Assembly: GCA_963843575.1 (NCBI GenBank)
Contig: CAWJKZ010000014.1
Coordinates: 416,001-480,000, forward strand
Length of the DNA: 64,000 nt
Direction: 5' to 3'
DNA from: an uncultured Acidobacteriota bacterium
Lineage (GTDB): Bacteria > Acidobacteriota > UBA6911
Part shown: positions 32,128 through 41,949 of the stretch, in pieces
Layout: every line of letters starts with the position of its first letter
Numbering within the stretch: the first letter of the stretch is position 1
Made by a program: the position numbers and the translations under genes
The notes under the pieces: generated by a model
Databases searched by the model: none
Told to the model about the DNA's origin: nothing
What the model saw: only the letters and a program-made list of their open reading frames with translations

Positions 32128-32856
32128 TTAACGAAATCGTACGTAACTCTGGCTGCGGAAGAAATCGACCGGGTCGGAGATGCCGAGGACGCCTCGCATA
32201 TGGAATCCTTCGGCCTTCGCCTTGCCGATCAGGGTGCCGTAAAACGAGTGGATGTTCTCGATGTGGGCCAGGAAATCGGGCTGGCTCAGGTACGTCGAGG
32301 GTTCCCGGCTTGCAGGGTCGAACAACTGGGAGCGATACGCCTGGATGGCGGAGAGACGGCGCCCGGCGAATTCGGTGACGTCGACGACAAAAGTCGGAGT
32401 CTCATGCACCGGGACCATGAAATACAGGAGCGTGCCTGGACGGAAACGCTCCTGACCCGTGTCGATCCGGGACAGGCCGGCGTGGTGCGCCGCCTCCGAA
32501 ACCAACCGGCTCGCGGCGACATGGTCAGGGTGCCGGTCGTCCCAATGGTGGGCAAGCACCAGCGGAGGCCGGTACTTGCGCAGGATCCGGATTACTTTCA
32601 AGCGGTTCGCCGCCGTCGCCGTCAGTCGGCCGTCGGGCAGGTTCAGGTTTTCCCGGACTTTGACGCCGAGGATTTGCGCCGCCGCACGAGCCTCGCGGGC
32701 GCGGACCGCCGGAGTGCCGCGCGTGCCCATTTCGCCGCGGGTCAAATCCACTATCCCCGCAGCGTAGCCCAAAGCGGCCATCTTGGCCAAAGTCCCGCCG
32801 GCGAAGAGCTCAACATCGTCGGGGTGCGCACCGAAGGCAAGCACATCGAGTTGCAT
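32128..32856 (-). CDS. bshB1: bacillithiol biosynthesis deacetylase BshB1
   Basis: LDVLAFGAHPDDVEL, DLTRGEMGTRGT, RHPDH, AYRSQ; adjacent to bshC. Confidence 0.9.
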   Translation of the reverse strand: MQLDVLAFGAHPDDVELFAGGTLAKMAALGYAAGIVDLTRGEMGTRGTPAVRAREARAAAQILGVKVRENLNLPDGRLTATAANRLKVIRILRKYRPPLVLAHHWDDRHPDHVAASRLVSEAAHHAGLSRIDTGQERFRPGTLLYFMVPVHETPTFVVDVTEFAGRRLSAIQAYRSQLFDPASREPSTYLSQPDFLAHIENIHSFYGTLIGKAKAEGFHMRGVLGISDPVDFFRSQSYVRFR

Positions 32857-32858
32857 CG

Positions 32859-34259
32859 TCAGTCCAGGAAAATGATCTGATGTTGGAAGTCCCACACGTC
32901 CGTCTTGCGCAACACCTCGTCAAGCAGCGCGCTGGAATAGCGCAGTACAAAATGAATCGCGCAGATCCGGCTCTCCTGTCGCCGCCCTTCTGGTGCAAGC
33001 GAGTCGCACAGCCGCGAGAGCTGCCGGCCAGCCGCCTCGCGCCTGAGCGCGAGCGAGGAGGCATAGTGCTCCCTGAGCTTCGCCACCTGGTATTGCATAC
33101 GGGAACGGGAGTCGGAAACCACTTCCGCCAGCGGGTCGCCCGCAGGGACGAAATGAGTCAGCGCCTCGACGCGTGCGTCGATCTCCCGGAGGAGGACATC
33201 GAATCGGCCAATCGTCTCCTCGCCCCGGGATCCCCGATCCAGCTTCGCCAGAAGCTCTTCCTGCCCGGCAAACAAATCCGGAAGCTCCAGGCTATACTTG
33301 CCGAGCGTCTTCCGGTTCCGCGCATCCAGGAGTGTCGCGCTCAGCGCCGGCCAGACCGGGGGTTCGTCGATCCCCAGCAAACCAGAAAGCGGGAGCAGCT
33401 CCGCCGTGCGGCAGACATCCGGGCCCGAGACGACTTGAGCGGCGACGGGGAGCAGCGCGTTCATCACAAGGAGATCGGGGACAGCCGCAGCCTGTCGCTC
33501 CTCTGCGGCGCAGGCGCCGTAACCGCTTTCCGAGAGCCGGCGCCGGGCCGCCGAGATATGCGCCTCGATGGCAACGGGATCCAGCGTCTGCAGGGGACCC
33601 GGCCACCCCCCAGTCCACCCGACAAGGCCTTCTCCGTCGATCACCACAAGGCCACGGTCCCCAAGGAGCGAGGAGAGGAACAGGCCGGTGGCCCGCCCGG
33701 GGCCTCCTTGGCCGCTGCCGGCTCGCCGTGCATCAACTAAATGCGTGTTTTGTAGTAATTCTCCATAGATATGTATTAGTTCATCAAGTAATACTTCAGT
33801 CTGTCCGTTAGATTTCGGGTGAACGATGCGGCCGTTCCCGTCCAGCAGCCGAAGATCGGTTTCGACGGGTGCCGACGGCGAAAGCCAGGCAAGCGGCACG
33901 GCCGGATGTCCCTCGGATTGGAGTATTTCGGCCAGTTTGAGTGTGGAAAGACACTGCAAGAGCCGGGATAGGCTCCCGCCCAGCACCGCCGGAGGGACGG
34001 GGGAGACGACCGCCACTGTCCCGGGAAGCGCCAGGCGCCGGATGTTGTCCTGCGCGGCGGACGATGGGTTCAGGCCGGCCGTCATCCGGTCCAGGAACGG
34101 GTCGAGCTCAGGGCGAGGGTGTTTTCGTGCCAGATCCGAGACACGCCGCATCAGCGAATCGCGGCCGGGTTTCCACGCAAACACTCCGCGAGCCGCGTCG
34201 GTTTGGTCGACAAAATCGAGGTAGAGCGCCGGGAAATCGGGAAGGTCGCGCAGTCTCAA
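32859..34259 (-). CDS. bshC: BshC-like protein (divergent bacillithiol cysteine-adding enzyme)
   Basis: LYLDF N-terminus, NIRRL...AVV, AVPLAW, RGLVVID, ALLP, coiled coil, L.PEGRRQE, H-terminal motif; several family motifs degenerate. Confidence 0.72.
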   Translation of the reverse strand: MRLRDLPDFPALYLDFVDQTDAARGVFAWKPGRDSLMRRVSDLARKHPRPELDPFLDRMTAGLNPSSAAQDNIRRLALPGTVAVVSPVPPAVLGGSLSRLLQCLSTLKLAEILQSEGHPAVPLAWLSPSAPVETDLRLLDGNGRIVHPKSNGQTEVLLDELIHIYGELLQNTHLVDARRAGSGQGGPGRATGLFLSSLLGDRGLVVIDGEGLVGWTGGWPGPLQTLDPVAIEAHISAARRRLSESGYGACAAEERQAAAVPDLLVMNALLPVAAQVVSGPDVCRTAELLPLSGLLGIDEPPVWPALSATLLDARNRKTLGKYSLELPDLFAGQEELLAKLDRGSRGEETIGRFDVLLREIDARVEALTHFVPAGDPLAEVVSDSRSRMQYQVAKLREHYASSLALRREAAGRQLSRLCDSLAPEGRRQESRICAIHFVLRYSSALLDEVLRKTDVWDFQHQIIFLD

Positions 34260-35173
34260 GGGCTTATGCGTGAGTGGCGGCGCCGGTCAATCCCCGCCGC
34301 CCGGAATGTCGAGTTCAACGAAGCCTGCTGCTGCGCAGAGAGGGGCAGCAGCGGAAGCCGCGGCCTGCCGCCGAAGTAGCCCATCAGGTCCATCGCGGCC
34401 TTCAAGCCGGGGACGCCGAAGGACGTCGTGACAGCCGCGGCCGGGGGCGACAGCCTTTCCTGGACGGCGGCAGCCCTCTTCCAGTCGCCATCCCGAAACG
34501 TCTCGTAAAGCTCGACGGTCAACTCGGGCAAGGCGCAGGCTACGGCGACTATGCCCCCCGAAGCGCCCTGGACAAGACTGGGCAGCAGAGTCGGGGCCGA
34601 CCCGACGAGAACGTGGAAATCCTTACGCGTGTTTCGCCGGATATCCGCCTGCAGCGCCAGGTTCGCCGAGCTCTCCTTGATGCCGGCGATGTTCTCGTGA
34701 GCCGCCAGCCGCTCGATCAGCGTCAGGCTGGTATTTACCCCGGTAAACTGGGGAACGTTGTACACGAGGATAGGGATCGGGGATTCGTCCGCGATGGTCC
34801 AGTAGTGGGCAAACAGTGCGTCGTCCGTCATCCGCACCTTGAAATAACAGGGCGTGCCAATGAGGGCGAAGTCGGCGCCCAGGTCGGCCAGGCGCTTTAC
34901 GAAGGCCACGCACAATCGTGTCGATTCGCGGCCGGCCCCCGCGATGAGCGTTTTATCCGACGCGACCTGCGCGCGGGCCTCCTTGACGAGCACGATCTTC
35001 TCATCATCCGAGAGGTAGGCGCTTTCGCCGTTTGAGCCGAGCACGGTAATCCCGGCCAGCCCGCACCCGGCCCACCTCCTGAGGTTTTCCCGGAATCGGT
35101 CGGGGAGCAGTTCACCCTCGGGGTCAAACGGCGTCGTGACCGGGGGAAACACGCCGCACAGGTTTTTGCTCAT
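34256..35173 (-). CDS. DapA-family class I aldolase, HOGA-like
   Basis: GVFPPVTTPF, LGSNGE, TPCYF, ILVYNVP, GIKES Schiff-base Lys. Confidence 0.88.
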   Translation of the reverse strand: MSKNLCGVFPPVTTPFDPEGELLPDRFRENLRRWAGCGLAGITVLGSNGESAYLSDDEKIVLVKEARAQVASDKTLIAGAGRESTRLCVAFVKRLADLGADFALIGTPCYFKVRMTDDALFAHYWTIADESPIPILVYNVPQFTGVNTSLTLIERLAAHENIAGIKESSANLALQADIRRNTRKDFHVLVGSAPTLLPSLVQGASGGIVAVACALPELTVELYETFRDGDWKRAAAVQERLSPPAAAVTTSFGVPGLKAAMDLMGYFGGRPRLPLLPLSAQQQASLNSTFRAAGIDRRRHSRISP

Positions 35174-35679
35174 CCTCGTTTCCTCCCGCCGGGGCGTCGA
35201 CGGGCAGCAGGGCGCCCGGTTCCCGCGGCGGCCCCGGCCCCGCCGGGCCTCACCTCGATGGAGCGCAAGTCCCCCCCGCGATCCGAAATCGCGACGACGG
35301 TCGCCGGTTGAACCGGGGAATTCAGCCGTTCGCTCCACTCGACGACGGTGACCCCGACGGTGCCCATGAATTCCTCGAGTCCTATGGAGTAGATATCGCG
35401 GCTCCCGTCGAGGCGGTAGAGGTCGACATGATAGACCGGGCAGCGACCCTGGTAAACATTGACCAGTGTGAACGACGGGCTCGTCACCACCGAAGGGTCG
35501 GCGACCCCCAAACCTTCGGCAAACCCGCGGGCCAGGGTGGTCTTGCCCGCGCCGAGCGACCCGCGCAACAATACCACACTCGGGACCCGCAGCGATGCGG
35601 CCAAGCGGCGTCCAAGCGCCTGGGTCTCCTCGGCGGAACGGGTGAGGTAGGTGGTGCGTCCGGCGCTGCGTTCAGGCAC
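35170..35679 (-). CDS. tsaE: tRNA threonylcarbamoyladenosine ATPase TsaE
   Basis: GSLGAGKTT, VTSPSFTLVNVY, YHVDLYRL, VVEWSE. Confidence 0.95.
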   Translation of the reverse strand: MPERSAGRTTYLTRSAEETQALGRRLAASLRVPSVVLLRGSLGAGKTTLARGFAEGLGVADPSVVTSPSFTLVNVYQGRCPVYHVDLYRLDGSRDIYSIGLEEFMGTVGVTVVEWSERLNSPVQPATVVAISDRGGDLRSIEVRPGGAGAAAGTGRPAARRRPGGRKRG

Positions 35680-37259
35680 GCCCCGCCCTCCTGAACGCCC
35701 CGGGCAGAAAGGGCAGCAGGTCCGTCGCTATGAGCGAGTCCATTCCCTTTTCCTCCGCCGCGAGGTCGCCGGCGAGCCCGTGGATGTAAACGGCAGAGGC
35801 AACGTGGTCCCCGAGCGCCTCGCGGTCGCCCGCCCGGTCCAGGCGTCTCCAGAGTGCGACAAACCGGCCGACGATCCCGGCGAGAATGTCCCCCGACCCG
35901 CCGGTCGCCATTCCGGGATTGCCGCTACTATTTATGTATACCGACTCCTCCGGCGTGGCCGTGACCGTCTGGAAGCCTTTAAGTACGGTGATGCACCCGT
36001 GATGTCCCGCGAAATCGCGGGCCGTGCTCAGCCTGTCGGACTGGACTTGTGCGATGGCTTGACCGGTGAGCCGGCCCATCTCCCCGGGGTGAGGCGTGAT
36101 GACGAGAGGCTGGCCGTTGCAGTTGCGCAGTTGCTCGGGAATGCCCGCGAATGCGTTCAGACCGTCGGCGTCCAGCACCACCGGTACGCTCGAGCGCTGA
36201 ACCAGTTCGACCGCAAACTCCCGGGTTTCCGAACCGGTCGTCAGGCCGGGACCCACGACGAGCGCATCCGACTGCCCGAGGGCCGCGAGTATGGGATCTA
36301 GTCCCGCCAGCGAGAAAGCCCCCTCCGCCGTCTCGGGTGCGGCTTCGATCATGAGTTCCGGGACTCGGCCGGCGAGGTCGGCCTGCACGCTCCTTGGGAC
36401 ATACAGCGAAGCCAGGCCCGCACCGGCCCTGAGGGCTGCCAACCCGGCCATCACGGCCGCCCCGCTCTTCCCCCGGGATCCCGCGACCACGAAAACGTGC
36501 CCGAAGGTGCCTTTGTGCGAGTTTCTTGGACGCGGGCGCACCGACACCAGACACGATTGACGGATCGGTGAGGATCAGGCGGTGCTCCGGCGCTTCCACG
36601 AGGGCCGCCGGGGAACCGATCGGCACCACCACCACTTTGCCCGCATTGTCAGAGGCGGGGGGCATCACGAGTCCCAGCTTGAGAGCCGAAAAGGTGACCG
36701 TCAGAGCCGCCCTGATTGCCGGACCGGGGACGGAGGGTGAATCGGCGAGCAAGCCCGAAGGCAGGTCGACGGCCGCAACGAAGGCTTCCGATTCCTCGTT
36801 TACCCAGTCGAGCACTCCCCCGAGATCCGGGCCGACCGGATGCGAGAGACCCGTACCGAAAACCGCGTCCACCACGACATCGAACCTGTGGGTCTTGCGC
36901 AGGTATTCCAGGGCTTCCGCCGGCTCGCCGAAAGCGCTGCTCCGCAGCCCGAGTGCGCGCGCGATCTCCCAGTTCTTGAGCGTATCCCCTTTCAGGCCTG
37001 AGGGGTCGCCCAGTAGCAGGATTTCGGGGCGTCCGCCCCGCATCTGCAGTTGCCGGGCGGCCACGAACCCGTCCCCGCCGTTGTTTCCCCGACCGCAAAG
37101 GACCAAGGTACGGGCGAACCTCCACCGGGGCACGGCCTTTTGCAGCTCGTCGACCACCGAACGACCCGCGTTTTCCATGAGCAGGAGCGAAGGGAGCCCG
37201 AAACGCTCGGTGCTGAGCCTGTCCACCTCGCCCATCTGACGTGCGGTGAGGATTTTCAT
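35672..37259 (-). CDS. nnr: bifunctional NAD(P)H-hydrate epimerase/dehydratase Nnr; frameshift near 36541-36550
   Basis: LMENAG, CGRGNNGGDG, DAVFGTG, DLPSG then HKGTFG, VVGPGL, LDADGL, TPHPGEM, MATGGSGD. Confidence 0.93.
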
Positions 37260-37320
37260 ACGCGTTTCCAGGACCTCGCGGATGGCCGCGCCGTACCTGG
37301 TCCTAAGGCCTGAGGATTGA

Positions 37321-37350
37321 TTGACACCCGGGAGAGCATCGGCCTAGAAT
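37321..37350 (+). promoter_or_regulatory. sigma70 promoter upstream of the M48 gene
   Basis: TTGACA-N18-TAGAAT. Confidence 0.6.
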
Positions 37351-37482
37351 GAAGTGAAACATTTGCCTCCCTCTGAGTATCTAAAGCGTTGGAACGGTAT
37401 GTGTGTTCGTGCTGGCAGCCTGGTTGCATGGTTTAGAATAGCGGGCCGCAGGGGATAAGACAACCGCTTCCACGGAGGTCGT

Positions 37483-38544
37483 ATGAAGTCAGCCGGAATC
37501 AGGGCGATTGCTGTTGCGGCGCTGATGCTCCTCAGCCTGTCTGTTCCCGTTTTTGCCGATCGCAAGCACGGCGATGTCGAGAACATCGGGAATCGGAACA
37601 TCAGCGGCAAAGTCTGGGGTATCCTGCCCAACTTTGTCTCTCTGGAAAAAGAAATAGCGATAGGGGCCCAGGTCGCCCAGCAGTTCGAGCAGACCGCCAG
37701 GTTGATCGAGGACCCGGTTATCGCCGACTACATCGATCGGGTGGGACAGAACATCGTAAAGCACTCGGACGCCAAGGTGCCCTTTCACATCAAGGTGGTC
37801 GACACGGACGAAGTGAACGCCTTCGCCTTCCCCGGCGGCTATTTCTACGTGAACAAGGGGCTTATCCTGGCAGCGGAGAACGAGTCCGAACTGGCCGGCG
37901 TCATGGCCCACGAGATCTCGCACGTTGCGGCGCGCCATGCGACCGAACGGTTGTCGAAGGCCCAGTACCTGCAGTTCGCGGCAATACCGGCGCTGTTCGT
38001 CGGCGGTTACTGGACCCAGATGGCGATCCAGAACGGCCTCGGGCTGGGTATCAACCTCGAGTTGCTCGGAATCACCCGCGATTCGGAACGCGAAGCCGAT
38101 CAGCTTGGCATCCAGTACCTCTGGAATTCGGGATATGACCCGAACGGCTTCGTCACTTTCTTTGAGAAGCTGCAGGAGCAGGAAAAGAGCAAGCCGGGAC
38201 GCCTCGCAGGCTTCTTCCGCACCCACCCGTACACAGAAACCCGCATTGCTGCATCCATGGACGAGCAGCGTTTCCTGCCCGAAAAGGACAACTACGTCGT
38301 CAACACGTCCGAGTTCGACAGGGTTAAGTCCCGGCTCCAGGCGATCGACAACTCTCAGCGCGCGGAGGGGGCGACAGCGACGACGGACCAGAAGCGGCCG
38401 ACACTGAAGCGCCGGACCAACACGGACGGTGGAGGCGGCTCCCAGGATCCCGCCGACCCTGACGAGGACGGTTCTGCCAAGAAGAGCAGGCCCACACTGA
38501 AGCGGCCGACCGACACCCAACCGGAACCGACGCCGCAGCCCTGA
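37483..38544 (+). CDS. secreted M48-family (BepA-like) metalloprotease
   Basis: Signal peptide, VNAFAFPGG, ESELAGVMAHEISHV, EREAD, FRTHP. Confidence 0.92.
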   Translation: MKSAGIRAIAVAALMLLSLSVPVFADRKHGDVENIGNRNISGKVWGILPNFVSLEKEIAIGAQVAQQFEQTARLIEDPVIADYIDRVGQNIVKHSDAKVPFHIKVVDTDEVNAFAFPGGYFYVNKGLILAAENESELAGVMAHEISHVAARHATERLSKAQYLQFAAIPALFVGGYWTQMAIQNGLGLGINLELLGITRDSEREADQLGIQYLWNSGYDPNGFVTFFEKLQEQEKSKPGRLAGFFRTHPYTETRIAASMDEQRFLPEKDNYVVNTSEFDRVKSRLQAIDNSQRAEGATATTDQKRPTLKRRTNTDGGGGSQDPADPDEDGSAKKSRPTLKRPTDTQPEPTPQP

Positions 38545-38699
38545 ACCAGGCTGCACTTGCACCCACCCCGGATTCCATGAGCCGGCACGCAGTTAACCGC
38601 GTGCCGGCCTCTTCGTTTTTGAAACATTTTGGTTCCCGCGCTCGTATTGGGTTGTGACACGTTCGATGTAAGACTGCGGCATTTTGAAGGAGCCTTGAC

Positions 38700-40451
38700 A
38701 TGATACTCGCAACCGCTTCCCGCCGGCGGGCGGCAGGCACGAAATTATTCTCGCTTTTGGGGATCCTGGCGCTAACCCTGACGCTCTGGACATTCGGGGC
38801 GCTCGGCCAGGAGCCACCCGCCGCGGCCAAACCGCAGCAGCCTGCGGTCGCAAAGGCGGACGAGCTACCGCTCCCGCTGAGCCCGATCGAGGTCGCCGAG
38901 AATAACGGGACGGCACTGCGCCTCTCCCTCCAGGACCTGACGAAGCTGGCGCTCCAGAACAACCTGGACATCGCGATCTCAGACACCAACGAGGAGCTGT
39001 ACCAGCAGAAGATCTTCCAGGCGTACGGCCCCTATGATCCTGCGATCACCGCAGGGTTGGGTGTCCAATCGAGCAAACGGGCGAACACCAACCTGAGCAC
39101 CAAGTCTGTCCAGGACAACTTCAACAAGAGCGACAACGCATTCTGGAACTTCGGGTTTACCCAGAACCTCCCCACCGGCGGCGGGATCACGGCGGAGTAC
39201 AACACCCAACGCAGCGACACCAACCAGCAGTTCGCGCTGTTTACGCCCCAGTACAACGCTTCTACCCGTGTGCAGTTCACGCAACCGCTGCGGCGCAACT
39301 TCCGCACCGACCAGATCCGGAGCAACATTAAGCTGGTCAACCTCGACGTCAAGACCAACGACAGCCAGTTCAAGCAGAAGGTGGTCGATACCGTAGCGAG
39401 AATCCAGTCCCTCTACTGGGATCTGGTCGGCACCATTCGGAACTATGAAATCAAACGCGAGTCTGTGAAGCTCGCCCAGATCACCCTGCAAAACAACCGC
39501 AAGAAGGTCGAAATCGGGACGCTCGCCCCCATCGGGATCACCGAGGCGCAGGCCGACATGGCCAGCCGCGAAGTGGAAATGATCGCCGCCGAGGAGCAGA
39601 TCAACAACGTCGAAAACAACCTCCGCGCACTCATCTCGAGCGACCGCAACGCCGAGATCTGGCGCCAGACCGTGGTTCCCTCAGAAACTCCGGATTTCAA
39701 GGAGTACAAGGTCAGTCTGGACACCGCCATCGACACGGCGTTGCAGAACCGTCCCGAACTCGAGCAGCTCGCGATCAAAATGCAGATGGCAGACATCACC
39801 TACAACCTCGATGCAAACCTGAAGAAATGGCAGTTCGACCTTGTTGCATCCTTCGGGTCTATGGGGGTCGCCGGGCCGCAGGCCACCATAGACCCGCTGA
39901 CCGGCAACCCAATCACCTGTCCCGGCGATTCCCGGTGCATTCCGAATAGCCTCGTCGGCGGCCCGGCGAACGCTTATAAGACCCTGTTCACCGGAGGGTT
40001 TACCAACTGGGCAGTGGGATTCAACGTGCAGATCCCACTCAAGAACCGGAGTCTCGAGGCCCAGCTGGCGCAGGTCAAGATTCAGAAGCGGCAATTGCTC
40101 ATGAACCGCAAGTCGGTCGAGCAGCAGGTCCAGGTCGACATACGCAACGCTGTCCAGAAGATCGAGACGAACAAGAAGCAGGTCGACACCGCCAGGGTCG
40201 CCCGCGAACTGGCCCGGGAACAGCTCGAGGGCGAAGAAAAGCGGTTCCAGGCCGGCTTGAGCGAGAACTTCCGCGTTCTCGACCGTCAGAGAGGGCTCTC
40301 AACCGCGCAGGGGGTCGAGCTTCAGGCGCTCATCGCCTACAAGAAATCGATCATCGAACTGCAGAAGGCCATGTACACCCTGCTGGAAGCGAACGACTTC
40401 CAGATCGCCAAGACGAGTTCCGACAGCGTCAGCGTGCCGGCGTTGAAGTGA
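38700..40451 (+). CDS. TolC-family outer membrane protein
   Basis: LSLQDLTKLALQNNLDI, FTQPL, ALQNRPEL, VQIPL, two OEP repeats. Confidence 0.9.
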   Translation: MILATASRRRAAGTKLFSLLGILALTLTLWTFGALGQEPPAAAKPQQPAVAKADELPLPLSPIEVAENNGTALRLSLQDLTKLALQNNLDIAISDTNEELYQQKIFQAYGPYDPAITAGLGVQSSKRANTNLSTKSVQDNFNKSDNAFWNFGFTQNLPTGGGITAEYNTQRSDTNQQFALFTPQYNASTRVQFTQPLRRNFRTDQIRSNIKLVNLDVKTNDSQFKQKVVDTVARIQSLYWDLVGTIRNYEIKRESVKLAQITLQNNRKKVEIGTLAPIGITEAQADMASREVEMIAAEEQINNVENNLRALISSDRNAEIWRQTVVPSETPDFKEYKVSLDTAIDTALQNRPELEQLAIKMQMADITYNLDANLKKWQFDLVASFGSMGVAGPQATIDPLTGNPITCPGDSRCIPNSLVGGPANAYKTLFTGGFTNWAVGFNVQIPLKNRSLEAQLAQVKIQKRQLLMNRKSVEQQVQVDIRNAVQKIETNKKQVDTARVARELAREQLEGEEKRFQAGLSENFRVLDRQRGLSTAQGVELQALIAYKKSIIELQKAMYTLLEANDFQIAKTSSDSVSVPALK

Positions 40452-40475
40452 GAGGTCACGCTTGCAGGAAAGGAG

Positions 40476-40509
40476 GCCGCGCGGGTCTAGGATCCGCGCG
40501 GCTTTTTTT
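40476..40509 (+). terminator. intrinsic terminator after the TolC gene
   Basis: GCCGCGCGG-loop-CCGCGCGGC followed by T7. Confidence 0.85.
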
Positions 40510-40571
40510 GGCCGCGACGTGCGGCGTCAAATCCCCTTGCCCCAAATGCTGATTTTGCCTACAGTACCGGG

Positions 40572-41402
40572 ATGCTCGCGCTCGAGATCCTTTACCTGGT
40601 GTTCGGCCTGGTCGTCGGCAGTTTCCTGAACGTCTGCATCTATCGCATCCCGCGCCGCGAGTCTATCGTGTTTCCCGGATCCCGCTGCCCGCACTGCGGC
40701 ACCGGAATCCGTCCGTACGACAATGTCCCGGTGCTCGCTTACCTCTGGCTCCGAGGACGCTGCCGCGACTGCGGCGCCCCGATTTCCCCGCAGTACCCGG
40801 TTGTAGAACTCGTCACCGGCGCCTCGTTTCTCGGCTGCGCACTGAAATGGGAGTTCGCCGCCCCGACTTACGTCAATTCCCTGTTCCTGGCCGTAGTCAT
40901 CGTCCTGGCCTTGATCGACTACCACCATCGTCTGCTGCCCAACGTCATCACCCTTCCGGGATGGCTCACAGGCCTTGCGCTCTCCCCCTTCCAGGACCCG
41001 GCGTTTTTCGATGAGCCGCTCGCGCGCCTCGTCGCAACGATGATCTTCCCCCGGGCGACCGAGGCGGCGCTCTCATGGGCGGCCTCGCTTATCGGGGGCC
41101 TGGTCGGCGGCGGGCTCCTGCTCTCCGTCGCGCTGCTTTATGAAAAGGTGCGGCGCAGACAGGGACTCGGGATGGGCGACGTGAAGATGATGGGTATGGT
41201 CGGGGCGTTCCTCGGCTGGCGGCTCGTCCTGCTGACCATTTTTGCCGGGTCGGTACTGGGAAGCATCATCGGGGTGTTCGTCGTTATCTTTCGCGGCGGA
41301 AGCCTGCAGACCAAACTCTCCTTCGGCACCTTCCTCGCCCTTGGGGCGATCCTGGCCGTGTTCCTCGGCGTCGGTATTCTGGCCTGGTACACCCGCGTCT
41401 GA
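40572..41402 (+). CDS. pilD: prepilin peptidase (A24)
   Basis: GSFLNVCIYRIP, SRCPHC, GRCRDC, ID and GMGDVK aspartates, FGTFL. Confidence 0.93.
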   Translation: MLALEILYLVFGLVVGSFLNVCIYRIPRRESIVFPGSRCPHCGTGIRPYDNVPVLAYLWLRGRCRDCGAPISPQYPVVELVTGASFLGCALKWEFAAPTYVNSLFLAVVIVLALIDYHHRLLPNVITLPGWLTGLALSPFQDPAFFDEPLARLVATMIFPRATEAALSWAASLIGGLVGGGLLLSVALLYEKVRRRQGLGMGDVKMMGMVGAFLGWRLVLLTIFAGSVLGSIIGVFVVIFRGGSLQTKLSFGTFLALGAILAVFLGVGILAWYTRV

Positions 41403-41511
41403 CGTCCGCACTGTTCTCTTACATCTTCCTGGACCCGCAGTCGGTGGGGCCTCGCTGCAAAAAACTTCGCCCGATCCGGCCGGCCGCCGTTAGACAGGTT
41501 GCGGGGACAGT

Positions 41512-41949
41512 ATGCGAGACCAGGAAGGGGTGACCGTCGTCGAGGCTTTGATCACGTTGCTGTGCAGCGCTGTCCTGTTGGGGATGGCGGTGCCGAACCT
41601 GCACAGGCTGCAGCAGCGGTGGGCGCTTTGGGGGGCGGCCCAGGTGCTCGACATGTCGCTGCAGTGGGGCCGCATGTACGCGGTTTCAGCCAATGCGCCC
41701 CTTCGTTTCGAGATCGACTCGGGAGGTCGGGGTTTTCATTGGTCCGACCCCGAATCCGGCGAGCGCTACGAAGCCACAGTACGTGTTCTCCCTCCGGGTG
41801 TTCGGATCACGGGATCTCCGAGCCAGCCGCTGCGGTTTTACCAGCGTGGCAACGCGGTGCCCGCCGGCACCTACGTGCTGACAGGATCCACGGGCTCGTA
41901 CCGGGTCATCGTGAATCCGGCGGGCCGGATTCGGGTGCAGCGGAATTGA
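41512..41949 (+). CDS. FimT/GspH-like minor (pseudo)pilin
   Basis: Class III signal G|VTVVE, hydrophobic helix ending AVP, C-terminal VIVNPAGRIRV. Confidence 0.85.
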   Translation: MRDQEGVTVVEALITLLCSAVLLGMAVPNLHRLQQRWALWGAAQVLDMSLQWGRMYAVSANAPLRFEIDSGGRGFHWSDPESGERYEATVRVLPPGVRITGSPSQPLRFYQRGNAVPAGTYVLTGSTGSYRVIVNPAGRIRVQRN

